Origin: a virus
Lineage: Duplodnaviria; Caudoviricetes
IMG/VR virus record: IMGVR_UViG_2562617147_000003
Location: 1-64,000 of that record
Direction: 5' to 3' (one strand)
Length of the DNA: 64,000 nucleotides
Part shown: positions 29,001 through 37,916 of the stretch, piece after piece
Numbering within the stretch: the stretch's first letter is position 1
Layout of the letters: the number at the start of each line of letters is the position of its first letter
Position numbers and translations under genes: made by a program
The notes under the pieces: generated by a model
What the model saw: only the letters and a program-made list of their open reading frames with translations
The model's database searches: none
Told to the model about the DNA's origin: nothing

Positions 29001-29549
29001 TACGTAGCGCCCAACGGCACATCCCCCTATTTCGGCGGCTACAAGTCATTCGCCATCAGTGATCCCACGCCATATCGGCAGTACCAGCTGTACATTCTGC
29101 CCAAGGATGAAGTGCCGTTTTTCAAAGATTACAACTACACGTCGGTCCTGCTTACCTTCACCTTCCGTGACGCCCGGCCCGAGCTACTGGGCATTTCCAG
29201 CTACGCCACGGGCGGGGCGTGGACCATCGGCCCCGTCCCGCTGGGCGTGAACACGGAGGCTGAAATCCCGGTTCCCTTCGGCAATCTGCCCTTTTCCGTG
29301 GACGGCTCTGTGGAGGAAGAGCACGACTACCAGGTCAGAAAGCGCAGGCTGGGTGAGATGTCCGGCTGGTACAACAGCGGGTATTACGTCACCGGTGAAA
29401 TCGTGTACCGCAAAAGCGACGCCGTGGTGCTGGTCACGGGAAACCATGCCGTCAGCCAATACAACGGCGCGTACTGGAACTCGCCGTCCGTGAATACGCA
29501 AAGCAACAAGGCCAACTACTATCTCAGCCTGCAACGGAGGGGCGTGTGA
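26076..29549 (+). CDS. tail fibre with F5/8 type C-like and LamG/ConA-like domains
   Basis: T7-type fibre N-terminus (YAVPFPIY..DVRV, ETQLDR); PRKWQLQGWN..YRRVRINI discoidin-like; WHTVSVS..FIHVDG..GHLNNLRVT LamG-like. Confidence 0.85.
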   Translation: MIAQTSVVVRYIVTAGVLSYAVPFPIYSEKDVRVTFSTDGRTETALVPGAEYTVTVLSSGGGTVTLGSAGIVPIEAVLAVASAIPATQEADFSATTDVDTGALETQLDRQVQMIRQLEAELDRAVKVPAASEESPESVARDIYTARDAAEASAGAAGDSAARAARSAANAANSAGQSAGAAADAEYWAGRAEDAGNNGPATPGHIGGVKPRHGLSVMEDGTLDLNTGDGLEIDATENAPRVNASGIRHGVLAVAHGGTGADTAQGARDNLGLSAWQKGMEGTNPQRLRNVILSGREKDGYPAYLVGQEFIDMQHEDGVYISKRGTVSAGGEYSASHRATRPLRNQLVYQAQGWLTPNTVTSGQWEYAFADRAHVLTGLYLQNRDNEPQCFPRKWQLQGWNESSGLWEDIYRRDNDQALRGSSDNLKDNGRMYWFTENATAYRRVRINIESNHGGAYSQLAVIRLYEAVIPGLHKYDPALYATPETPFAASVACGLSADGTARTLDRPVKVTEHVVFDGRKLAEMSRNYIYVVPADESTGRLPDNLDADRAVPLPGNAAFLYADTRKLHYGTRGDIEKECFALLQSRHTVAYDPVPNGMFEMNQGAWNHPLYFQNVRVDPTEKPRGAASSYRFTGVDNWIGPNADLTAALLGKNAHPYSNECTVELDFKWNGPAPETTDDYFILFDNGYSASRGWALAYHNRKKCLALHWGSKSISNWCYHAPFNAADGTWHTVSVSQRDSNLFIHVDGVCLGAFNYVSLCNPNYRYWFLGRWIHSGSHQWYGHLNNLRVTLGTALYQGRDYAVSPAFNRGPIPDKTLWYDAAEGVVKEWQAEAGVWLKTPMLPVGHVDTGRKEHLMTDQPRGTYHLQPTKWVTDFKTDSSYDGNAGASSLFNLGYGGAHAFLSGGTNDATHAVEFMLEKPLAFESMLDFVNTRGNWNSSLCKFRLSGRNADEEAWNVLIDRSTFIDDGALLGAGVYVAPNGTSPYFGGYKSFAISDPTPYRQYQLYILPKDEVPFFKDYNYTSVLLTFTFRDARPELLGISSYATGGAWTIGPVPLGVNTEAEIPVPFGNLPFSVDGSVEEEHDYQVRKRRLGEMSGWYNSGYYVTGEIVYRKSDAVVLVTGNHAVSQYNGAYWNSPSVNTQSNKANYYLSLQRRGV

Positions 29550-29812
29550 TGCAAATTCTTACCTGGCTGACGCCCGAGGATGAAATGTATTGCGCCGCAA
29601 CGCCGCGCGCGGGCCGCGACACGGCCATCGCCGACAGACCGGCGGACATGCCGCAGGGCCGCTACAACCGGGAAAACGGGCAGTGGGAACGGGTTTACGA
29701 AGCGCCCGGGCCGCAAGACATCAGCCTGGGCGAAGCCGAACGGCTGTGGGCCTGGGCCGAAGCCCAGGGCGAGGGCATGGCGGGCATCATTCTCAAGGCG
29801 CTGGGGCTGTAA
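29549..29812 (+). CDS. putative tail fibre chaperone
   Basis: Small ORF coupled (TGATG) to the fibre gene. Confidence 0.55.
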   Translation: MQILTWLTPEDEMYCAATPRAGRDTAIADRPADMPQGRYNRENGQWERVYEAPGPQDISLGEAERLWAWAEAQGEGMAGIILKALGL

Positions 29813-29865
29813 GAGGTCGCCATGCGCGTAGTCCCGCAAAACCTTGCCATCGGAGCCACCTTGCT

Positions 29866-30032
29866 CCAGCCGTTGTGACGAAGGAACTTTAGCCGTAGGC
29901 GAACCTTGTGAGCCATACGGATAAAGACAGCAACGCTAACTACGGATGGAGACAGCAGTTGGCTACTCTGTATGCGACGCAAGGAAATTGCTGTCGCTAT
30001 CCGTAAGCGGCAGAGCCGCTAACGGCTACCGC
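29866..30032. repeat. REP-like element cluster
   Basis: GCCGTTGTGACGAAGGAA, TACGGATGGAGACAGCAG and inverted TGCTGTCGCTATCCGTAAG. Confidence 0.85.
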
Positions 30033-30054
30033 GAGATGGGGGAAAGATGCGTAA

Positions 30055-30429
30055 TCAAAAACCCAGCCAGCCGAAACCCTTGGCCATGATGGCGGCCAAA
30101 GCGACCCAGCCGCCGATCTGCCACTTGAGCAGGCGTATTTCCGTGCCCTTGATTTCGCCGCGCACCACTTCGATTTCTTTCAGCAGGCGCATTTCCGTGT
30201 TCTTGATTTCGCCGCGCACCACTTCAATTTCCTTTTGTAGGCGCAACTCCGTCTCGCGCAGTTCCGTCTTGACGGAGGTAATGTCACCCTTGAGGTTGGT
30301 CTTGACGTCGCTCACTTCCTGCGAGGTGGCAAGCGAACCGTCGCGTTTTTCCAACACCTCCACCAGCGCGTCGAACTGTTCCTTGGTGAACGCCTTTTCG
30401 AGCTTCTTTCCGGTGTCAAACAGCAGCAT
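30055..30429 (-). CDS. DUF1640/CCDC90-like coiled-coil membrane-anchored protein
   Basis: FDT..LEKAFTKEQ..ATSQEV..repeated EIEVVRGEIK..E.RLLK..LLKWQIG. Confidence 0.8.
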   Translation of the reverse strand: MLLFDTGKKLEKAFTKEQFDALVEVLEKRDGSLATSQEVSDVKTNLKGDITSVKTELRETELRLQKEIEVVRGEIKNTEMRLLKEIEVVRGEIKGTEIRLLKWQIGGWVALAAIMAKGFGWLGF

Positions 30430-30544
30430 GCGGCCTCCGATGCCCCAGATTAGCTATAATATCAACCCTTGCCAACAGAAGAGTTTCATGCGTCAGAACC
30501 GCATCGGCAGCACTGCGGCCCTTGTGCGCGTGGGCGGGGCATAC

Positions 30545-30814
30545 TCACAATGCAAACAGATCCGCATGGCTGCCCGTGCGCTCAAAACGCACAAAGCCGT
30601 CGCCGCGCGTGTAGAGCAAAAGCCAGTCTGGTTCCATGTGGGCGTCCATAACGCCCTTCCATGGGCCCGCGAGCATATGTTCACGGCAATGTCCCGGCAG
30701 AGGCTTGCCTTCCATGATCAGGAACATGGTTTCCTTGAGCTTGCCCATGTCTTTGCCCCGCCGTTGTGCCAATCTCACGTCCCGCTTGAACCGGCCCGAA
30801 TACGCAACGCGCAT
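30545..30814 (-). CDS. yafQ: YafQ-family toxin
   Basis: FKRDVR...EH.LAGPWKG..DAHMEPDWLLLY...RTGSHADLF. Confidence 0.9.
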   Translation of the reverse strand: MRVAYSGRFKRDVRLAQRRGKDMGKLKETMFLIMEGKPLPGHCREHMLAGPWKGVMDAHMEPDWLLLYTRGDGFVRFERTGSHADLFAL

Positions 30815-30817
30815 GTC

Positions 30818-31078
30818 TTATACGCCCAATTGTCTGAAAAGATCGTCAGCGTCAGCGGCCGTGTGGACATCCTCGCCGCGTGCGGATTTGTCCAGCGTTT
30901 CCTCAGTCATGGCGTTGGGAATCAATTCCAGGGGAAAGCGTCCGTCGCGGGCGATGCGCGTCAGAAGAATACGTACCGCGTCCGAAACCGAGAGGCCCAT
31001 TTCGCCCAGCACCACTGCCGCTCGGGTCTTCAGGGCGGGATCCACGCGCGCCTGTACAAGATTGTTCATGATGTTCAC
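30818..31078 (-). CDS. dinJ: DinJ/RelB antitoxin
   Basis: VQARVDPALKTRAAVVLGEMGLSVSDAVRILL..IA..PNAMT..DDLFRQLG. Confidence 0.9.
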   Translation of the reverse strand: MNIMNNLVQARVDPALKTRAAVVLGEMGLSVSDAVRILLTRIARDGRFPLELIPNAMTEETLDKSARGEDVHTAADADDLFRQLGV

Positions 31079-31140
31079 CTCCTTGAAAAATGTAATTCAT
31101 TTGTATGCTATTGGCAAGATCTGAACAGGGGAAGTTAGCT

Positions 31141-31710
31141 ATGCGCCACAACCGTACCAGCATCATCAATACGGCCCTCATGCGCGTGGGGGCCCAGGGT
31201 GTCACCGCCGCTTTTCAGGATGCGCCCGCGGCTCAAACGGCTGCCGCCGCTTATGACCGGGTCCTGGCCTACTGCCTGTCCCTGCATCCGTGGAGCTTCG
31301 CCATGCGGCATGCGGCCCTGGCCCGAGGCACGGAAAGCCCGGCGCCGGGTTGGCGTTACGCCTGGCCCCTGCCCGCCGACTGCCTGCGGGTGGTGACTGC
31401 CGCGGCGGACGGCGGGGAACAGCATATTTGCTACTCCCTGGCCGGAGATGCCCTGCAAGCGGATGCCGCCGCCGTGATTGTCAGTTACGTCAGTTCCGAA
31501 GCCGCATCATTCCCGGACGCTTTCGCCGATGCCCTGGCCTGGCGCGTGGCCCTGGAGATCGCCCCCTACGTGCAGCAGGGCGGCGGCAATGCCCGCGACT
31601 ATCTGGAAATGTTCGAGCGTGCCCTGGACCGGGCCAAAGTGGAAAACGACATGCAGCGGCCCGAACGCGTCTGCCGGTCCTCCTTCCTTAAAGAGCGGAT
31701 GGTTTTCTGA
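31141..31710 (+). CDS. tail tubular protein A (T7 gp11-like)
   Basis: IINTALMRVG...HPWSFAMR...Y.LPADCLR. Confidence 0.85.
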   Translation: MRHNRTSIINTALMRVGAQGVTAAFQDAPAAQTAAAAYDRVLAYCLSLHPWSFAMRHAALARGTESPAPGWRYAWPLPADCLRVVTAAADGGEQHICYSLAGDALQADAAAVIVSYVSSEAASFPDAFADALAWRVALEIAPYVQQGGGNARDYLEMFERALDRAKVENDMQRPERVCRSSFLKERMVF

Positions 31711-32449
31711 TGCCCCTTTACCATATTCAGAATGTCCTCAACGGCGGCGAGATCACCCCCCTGATGCGCGGGAGGGTGGATCAGCCCCGCTGCGGCAGCC
31801 GTCGGCGAGTCTTCGAGCCTTACGGATGGCGACAGCAGGGTTACAGGAGCGTTTGATATGCCCTTATATCACATTCAGAATGTCCTCAACGGCGGCGAGA
31901 TCACCCCCCTGATGCGCGGGAGGGTGGATCAGCCCCGCTGCGGCAGCCGTCGGCGAGTCTTCGAGCCTTACGGATGGCGACAGCAGGGTTACAGGAGCGT
32001 TTGATATGCCCTTATATCACATTCAAAATGTCCTCAACGGCGGCGAGATCACCCCCCTGATGCGCGGGAGGGTGGATCAGCCCCGCTGCGGCAGCCGTCG
32101 GCGAGTCTTCGAGCCTTACGGATGGCGACAGCAGGGTTACAGGAGCGTTTGATATGCCCTTATATCACATTCAAAATGTCCTCAACGGCGGCGAGATCAC
32201 CCCCCTGATGCGCGGGAGGGTGGATCAGCCCCGCTGCGGCAGCCGTCGGCGAGTCTTCGAGCCTTACGGATGGCGACAGCAGGGTTACAGGAGCGTTTGA
32301 TATGCCCTTATATCACATTCAGAATGTCCTCAACGGCGGCGAGATCACCCCCCTGATGCGCGGGAGGGTGGATCAGCCCCGCTGCGGCAGCCGTCGGCGA
32401 GTCTTCGAGCCTTACGGATGGCGACAGCAGGGTTACAGGAGCGTTTGAT
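31710..32449 (+). repeat. 5 x 148-bp tandem repeat of the tail tube B 5' end + REP-like motif + RBS
   Basis: ATGs at 31710, 31858, 32006, 32154 and 32302; intact gene starts at 32450. Confidence 0.95.
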
Positions 32450-34540
32450 ATGCCCTTATATCACATTCAGAATGTCCTCAACGGCGGCGAGATCACCCCC
32501 CTGATGCGCGGGAGGGTGGATCAGCCCCGCTACGGCACCGGCGCGCGCGAGATGCGCAACTTTGTTCCCATGCCCCAGGGCGGCGTCACGCGCAGGCCCG
32601 GCACGCGCTTTTTAGGCATGGCGCACGGCGACGCGGCGCGCCTGATTCCCTTTGTCTTTTCCGCGACGCAAGGGCGCATGCTGGAATTCGGAGATAAAAC
32701 CTTGCGCGTCTGGCTTCCGGATGGCCGTTTGGTGGCGGATGAAAACGGTGAGCCGAAGGTTTTCGAATCCCCCTATGCCGTCGGCGACCTGCACGAGCTG
32801 CGCTTTGCCCAATCCGCGGACGTGGTCTATCTCGCCCATCAGGGCTATGCCCCGCGCAGGCTCTCCCGCCATGCCGATGACGACTGGCGCTGGAGCGAGC
32901 TGGCCTTTGTGCCGGCCATCGCCGCTCCCGACAACGTCAGCCTGCAGGTCATCGACCGGGGATACAATGGCGACAACGCCACGCGCGTTTACACCTATGC
33001 CGTTACGGCCGTGGATGAGAAGACCGGGCAGGAATCCGGCGCCGGAGCCGAGGTCAGCATCACGGCCAAGGCCCTCAATTCCGTGAGCTACATCATCCGC
33101 GCCGCCTGGCCCGCCGTGGAGGGTGCGGCCTACTATCGGGTGTACAAAAAGAAATACGGCGTGTTCGGCTATATCGGCAGGTCCGACGCGGAATGCTCCT
33201 TTGACGATGAGAACATCGGCGCGGACACCGAGGACACGCCGCCCGAGCACAAGAATCCGTTCGCTTCGGAAGGCGACTGGCCTTCACAGGTCTTTTTTCA
33301 CCAGCAACGTCTGGGCTGGGCCGCTACGGCCAACAGGCCGATTACCATCTGGCTCTCGCGCCCCGGTGACTTTGAAATCATGGCCGCGTCCACCCCGCCC
33401 AAGGATGACGACGCCATTGAAGCCACCCTGGCCGCCACCCAGGCCAACCGCATCGTCTGGCTGCAGCCGGACCGTCAGTCCCTGACCTTCGGCACCGAAG
33501 GCAGCGAATGGACGCTTTCAGCCGGTGAGGGCGTGGCCCTGACGCCCTCCAATGTCAGCTTTGAAATGCAGACCGCCAACGGCGGCGACAACGCGACACA
33601 GGCCGTTTCCGTGGGCGGCGGCGTGCTCTACCTCCAGCGCGGCGGCAAGGCTGTGCGCCAGTTCGCCTACAATTACAGCGCGGACAAATATCTGGGCCAG
33701 GACGTTACCATTCTGGCCCGGCACATCCTGCGCGACGCGGTCGTGACGGCCTGGGCCTTCCAGCAGGAGCCCTACGCCGTGCTCTGGTGCGCGCTTTCCG
33801 ACGGCACCCTGGCCGGACTCACCTACATGCCGGAACAGGACGTCATGGGCTGGCACCGCCACGACACGGACGGGCGCTTTGAGGACGTGGCCGCCATGCC
33901 CGGCACGCCCGACGACCAGACCTGGTTTCTGGTGCGGCGGGGTTGCGGGCTTTGTGTGGAACGGCTGGACAGCTTCTTTGACTCCGATGAGCTGGCGGAA
34001 GCCTATTTCCTGGACAGCGCGCTCAATTACCAGGGCGCGGCGGTCACGCGGTTCAGCGGGCTTGATCATCTTGCCGGACGCACGGTTCAGGTTTTTGCCG
34101 ACGGCGGAACCATTGACGGCCTGGCAGTGGATGCGGACGGCGGCCTGACCCTGCCCCGGCCCGCGTCCAGCGTGCATGCGGGCCTGCCGTACACGTCGCG
34201 CCTTGTGCCCAATCTGCCTGAAATTCAGACCCCACAGGGCTCAAGCATGATGCACAACCGCAAAATTTCCGCCGTGCGGCTCCGAACCTACCGCAGTATG
34301 TCCTTCCTGGCCGGGCTGGAAGGAAACCTTACCCCTATTGTGGACAGACATATCCGCTCCGGGGCGTTCCGGACGCAGCCTTTTTTCAGCGACGGGACAG
34401 ACCTTGCCCTGGACGTCTGCGGCGGCTGGGCCGACGAGTCGCCGCTTGTCCTGGAAGTGAACAGCCCTGCGCCGCTGACTGTTCTGGCCATCTCCACAGC
34501 CGTGGATGCTTCTCCGTATTCCGGAATGGGAGGGTTCTAA
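32450..34540 (+). CDS. tail tubular protein B (T7 gp12-like)
   Basis: NGGEITP...PQGGVTRRPGT...FAQSADV...FHQQRL...WHRHDT. Confidence 0.9.
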   Translation: MPLYHIQNVLNGGEITPLMRGRVDQPRYGTGAREMRNFVPMPQGGVTRRPGTRFLGMAHGDAARLIPFVFSATQGRMLEFGDKTLRVWLPDGRLVADENGEPKVFESPYAVGDLHELRFAQSADVVYLAHQGYAPRRLSRHADDDWRWSELAFVPAIAAPDNVSLQVIDRGYNGDNATRVYTYAVTAVDEKTGQESGAGAEVSITAKALNSVSYIIRAAWPAVEGAAYYRVYKKKYGVFGYIGRSDAECSFDDENIGADTEDTPPEHKNPFASEGDWPSQVFFHQQRLGWAATANRPITIWLSRPGDFEIMAASTPPKDDDAIEATLAATQANRIVWLQPDRQSLTFGTEGSEWTLSAGEGVALTPSNVSFEMQTANGGDNATQAVSVGGGVLYLQRGGKAVRQFAYNYSADKYLGQDVTILARHILRDAVVTAWAFQQEPYAVLWCALSDGTLAGLTYMPEQDVMGWHRHDTDGRFEDVAAMPGTPDDQTWFLVRRGCGLCVERLDSFFDSDELAEAYFLDSALNYQGAAVTRFSGLDHLAGRTVQVFADGGTIDGLAVDADGGLTLPRPASSVHAGLPYTSRLVPNLPEIQTPQGSSMMHNRKISAVRLRTYRSMSFLAGLEGNLTPIVDRHIRSGAFRTQPFFSDGTDLALDVCGGWADESPLVLEVNSPAPLTVLAISTAVDASPYSGMGGF

Positions 34541-34541
34541 G

Positions 34542-35192
34542 ATGGGCGCCACCGCGCTTGCGTTGACCATGGGCGGGCTTTCCGCCCTTTCCAGCCTGTC
34601 GCAGACGCGGCAGCAGAACCGCCAGGCCAAATACCAGCAGGCCCAGCTGGAAGCCAATGCGGCGGCCGCGCGCAATCAGGCCAAGATGACGGCTGAGAAA
34701 GGCCGCATTGAGGCGGAAAATCTGGACCGCGAGCGCTCGGCCCTGCGCCGGGAATACGCCGACGTGCAGTCCGGCAATGTGGCGAACCTCGGCGCGCTGG
34801 GCGTGGACATGTCCAGCGGCAGCGCGGCGGCTTCCCTGGAGGGCAACGCCAACCGCTTCGCCGCGGACTATGGGGCCAACCGCTACCAGAAAGCCGTGGG
34901 AGAATGGGAAACCCGCGAGAACGTCAAGGCCCGGCAGGCCAGCGCCCAGAATTACGAGAACGCGGCCTCCTGGTACGGCTCCACGGTCAAGAACCTGGGG
35001 CAGTCCCTGCTCACCGCCGGGGTATCCGGCCTGGTCTCCGGCATCAGCACCTACAGCCTGGCCGGTGGATTCGGCGGCGGGGGCGATGTGGCCCAGGCCG
35101 GTAAAGGCTTTGTAAGCGGCAGTCAAAGCGTGCTGCGAAACCTTCAGGCCGGAAATATTCTCCGCAATGGCCTCAAAGCAAGCAGGAGGTAA
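34542..35192 (+). CDS. internal virion protein (T7 gp14-like)
   Basis: Ala/Gly-rich with GVDMSSGSA motif; follows tube B. Confidence 0.7.
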   Translation: MGATALALTMGGLSALSSLSQTRQQNRQAKYQQAQLEANAAAARNQAKMTAEKGRIEAENLDRERSALRREYADVQSGNVANLGALGVDMSSGSAAASLEGNANRFAADYGANRYQKAVGEWETRENVKARQASAQNYENAASWYGSTVKNLGQSLLTAGVSGLVSGISTYSLAGGFGGGGDVAQAGKGFVSGSQSVLRNLQAGNILRNGLKASRR

Positions 35193-35195
35193 GTC

Positions 35196-37916
35196 ATGGC
35201 CATCCGCATTCAGCAGTACAGCGCGCCGCCCCGGCATATTCAGGCCGGAGACGTTGATCCCGGCTTCTCCCAACCCCTGATCCGCGACGCCGGGCGCTCC
35301 GCCGACGCCGATCTGACCGACGCCATGCTCAAGGCGGGCATGCGGATCACGGAGGTGGGCGTCAGGGAGTATGTCAGCCGGGAAACCACGCGGGTGTCGC
35401 AGTCGCTTTTGCGTATGCAAGGCGATCTGAGCGCCGAGCGCGACCGATATATGGCGGAACACCAGGGGCAGAACGCCATCAACGCGGGAGAGCATTTCAG
35501 GAGCTTCGCCGACGAAGCCATGCGGCGGCACTTGGAGGACGGACAATTCTCCGGCCGCTTTCGCCAGATGTTTGCGCGGCAAGCCGTGGCTACCGGCCTG
35601 CACTTCACCGAGCAGGGGCAGGCCTACGGCCGACAGCAGAAGGAAACTTGGGAAGGCTCCGTGCTCAAAGGCGAACTCGCCCACTTTGAAACGCTGGTAG
35701 CCAAGAATTACGACAATCCCGAACTGATCACGTACAACCTTGGCCAGTTGCAGGGACGCATCAAAGACATGCGGCCCGGCCTGGACAACCGGGAGATGTT
35801 TCAGCAATTGGATTCGTTGGCGGCCAAGGGGCGTCTGGACGGCATGCTGGCTGACGGGCGCTATGACGAGGCTGAACGGCTGATGGGGGGCGGAACCGGA
35901 AGCGGCGGTACCATTGCGGAGACGTTTCGCAATCCGCTGAACCTCAAGAAGGCGGGCGCCAATACCGGCACACGGGACGATTTCCGGCAGTTCGGCAGCT
36001 ATGCGGAAGGCTTCGGCGCGGCATGGGATCAGCTGAAAACATATCAGTCGCGAGACGGCCTGACCACGCCGCGCCGGATGGCGGGCAAATGGGCTCCTGT
36101 TTCGGACGGCAATGACCAGAACAAATACGTCGCGGCACTGCGGTCCGTGGGGCTGGACCCGGACGCCGAAATAGACGTGAACGATCCGGGGCAGGCGGCC
36201 TTGCTCATGAAGGGCATGGCCCTTGCCGAATCCCCTGTGGGTAAGCGTTTTTCGAAAGATGACATCGCCGCCATGCTGGCCACCGGCAAGGACGCGCCAG
36301 CGCCCGGCCAGCTTGAGGCCGGGAATATCAACCTGTTCAACCGGCCCGTGGTCAAGAATGCCGACGGCACCATCAGCACCGTGCGCAGCATGTCCGCCAA
36401 TTTCGACGGCAAGGAAGTCCTGCTCCCCACCGTCAGCGACGACGGCAAAATCCTTTCCAACGAAGAGGCCGTGGAGCAGTACCGGAAGACCGGCAAGCAC
36501 CTGGGCATCTTCGACAGCCCGGAACACGCCACCGCCTACGCCAAAACCCTGCACGAGGACCAGGAACGCCTGTATGTCCCGCAAGATCGGCAAGCGCCCG
36601 GCCTGGCCGGACTCACGCCGGCCGACCGGCTGAAGTATCAGGGTCAAATCAGAACGGCGCGCCGGGAACGAGTGCTGGAAGCGGGACTTACCGCATCAGC
36701 CTTTGAGAATCAAATCTCCTACGGCATGGACAAAGGTGATTTTTCGGCCGCTGAAGCCACCGTCGCCAAGCTGGAAGGCATGGGCGCGCATAAGGAAGCC
36801 GGAGAGCTGTCCGAAAAACTTGCCGTCTCCAAACAGGCCCGCACGGCTCTGGACGGGACGCAAGGCTTGCCGTTGCTGGAGCAGGCGGCTGCCGCCAAGA
36901 ACGATCTGGATGCTCTGATCACGCCGGGCAACGCTAAAGCTGTCGTGGCCATGCGCGAGAAAGTGGATTCCGTGATGGAGAAAAGAAAAAGCGCTTTTAT
37001 CAAGGACCCGGCCGGATACGTGGCGATCCTGCCCGCCATGCAGGGAGAAATGGATTTTCAGGAGAGAGTGCGCCGCAGTCTCGCCTTGCAGGAGGAAACG
37101 GGGAAGGGGCTAGGTTTCACGCCGCGCGTGCTCCCGGACGCGGAGAGCAAGCGCCTGCGCGCGGTGTATGACAAGCAGACCACGCCGGAGGGAAGGCTTC
37201 AGAACCTCCGGGGATTACAGCAGCAGGGTGGCATATATTCGCAGCGAATGTTGACGGAAATGAAGATGCCGGAATCGGTTGTGGCTATCGCTCCGGCACT
37301 GCCAATCCTGCCGGACAAGGATTCTGGACTCTGGCTTACAGCCGCTGAAATTAAGCCGTCCGATATCCCCAATGTAAATGAAGACGCAAAGAAGAATGCC
37401 AGGGATGCCATAGCCAATTCCAGTGCCATGAGCTTTTTCTACGGCATGGCGCGAAAGTTCCCTACAAATACAGTTCTTCGGGACTTGGCAAAAAACATGG
37501 AAGCAACCGTTCAGAACGCCTTGCTGCTGGGCATGGAACCCGGCGCGCTGGACAAGGCATGGTCTTCGGAGACAAGCGACAACTGTCTACTGTTGATCCC
37601 GAAAAATGCCAATATTGACGCCAGTGATGCCGAAACTGCGTTGGCAAGCCAGCGAGAAGAGATCGCTGCCCGCCTGATGCGGGAATACCCCAAAAGCGGC
37701 GACGCCGCAAAAGACCGCACAGCCATGGCCAACCGCCGCGCACTGGCGCGGGAAGGCGTTTTTGTGTCCAGTAATAACGGTTTGTCCGCATCACTTCTTG
37801 ATCCCTGGACCGGCGATCCCGTGTTCTGGCAAGACGGGAGCCCTGTGACGGTTGACCTGAACGACGCCTTGGCCGCCGCGCTTTCGGAGGAAGAGGAAGA
37901 CGAAAATGATCTTTGA
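35196..37916 (+). CDS. large ejection protein with putative lysozyme-like inserts
   Basis: 906 aa; NPLNL..KWAP.SDGND..Y and GNINLFNRP..DGTISTVRS segments resemble domains of virion-associated proteins. Confidence 0.7.
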   Translation: MAIRIQQYSAPPRHIQAGDVDPGFSQPLIRDAGRSADADLTDAMLKAGMRITEVGVREYVSRETTRVSQSLLRMQGDLSAERDRYMAEHQGQNAINAGEHFRSFADEAMRRHLEDGQFSGRFRQMFARQAVATGLHFTEQGQAYGRQQKETWEGSVLKGELAHFETLVAKNYDNPELITYNLGQLQGRIKDMRPGLDNREMFQQLDSLAAKGRLDGMLADGRYDEAERLMGGGTGSGGTIAETFRNPLNLKKAGANTGTRDDFRQFGSYAEGFGAAWDQLKTYQSRDGLTTPRRMAGKWAPVSDGNDQNKYVAALRSVGLDPDAEIDVNDPGQAALLMKGMALAESPVGKRFSKDDIAAMLATGKDAPAPGQLEAGNINLFNRPVVKNADGTISTVRSMSANFDGKEVLLPTVSDDGKILSNEEAVEQYRKTGKHLGIFDSPEHATAYAKTLHEDQERLYVPQDRQAPGLAGLTPADRLKYQGQIRTARRERVLEAGLTASAFENQISYGMDKGDFSAAEATVAKLEGMGAHKEAGELSEKLAVSKQARTALDGTQGLPLLEQAAAAKNDLDALITPGNAKAVVAMREKVDSVMEKRKSAFIKDPAGYVAILPAMQGEMDFQERVRRSLALQEETGKGLGFTPRVLPDAESKRLRAVYDKQTTPEGRLQNLRGLQQQGGIYSQRMLTEMKMPESVVAIAPALPILPDKDSGLWLTAAEIKPSDIPNVNEDAKKNARDAIANSSAMSFFYGMARKFPTNTVLRDLAKNMEATVQNALLLGMEPGALDKAWSSETSDNCLLLIPKNANIDASDAETALASQREEIAARLMREYPKSGDAAKDRTAMANRRALAREGVFVSSNNGLSASLLDPWTGDPVFWQDGSPVTVDLNDALAAALSEEEEDENDL

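Noticed and set aside
26076-29549. BPP-1-like diversity-generating retroelement acting on the tail fibre
   Set aside because: No RT or avd gene and no TR/VR pair found, despite the BPP-1-like gene order.
31710-32449. CRISPR array or DGR template repeats
   Set aside because: No variable spacers; differences are few and not adenine-specific; no reverse transcriptase in the window.
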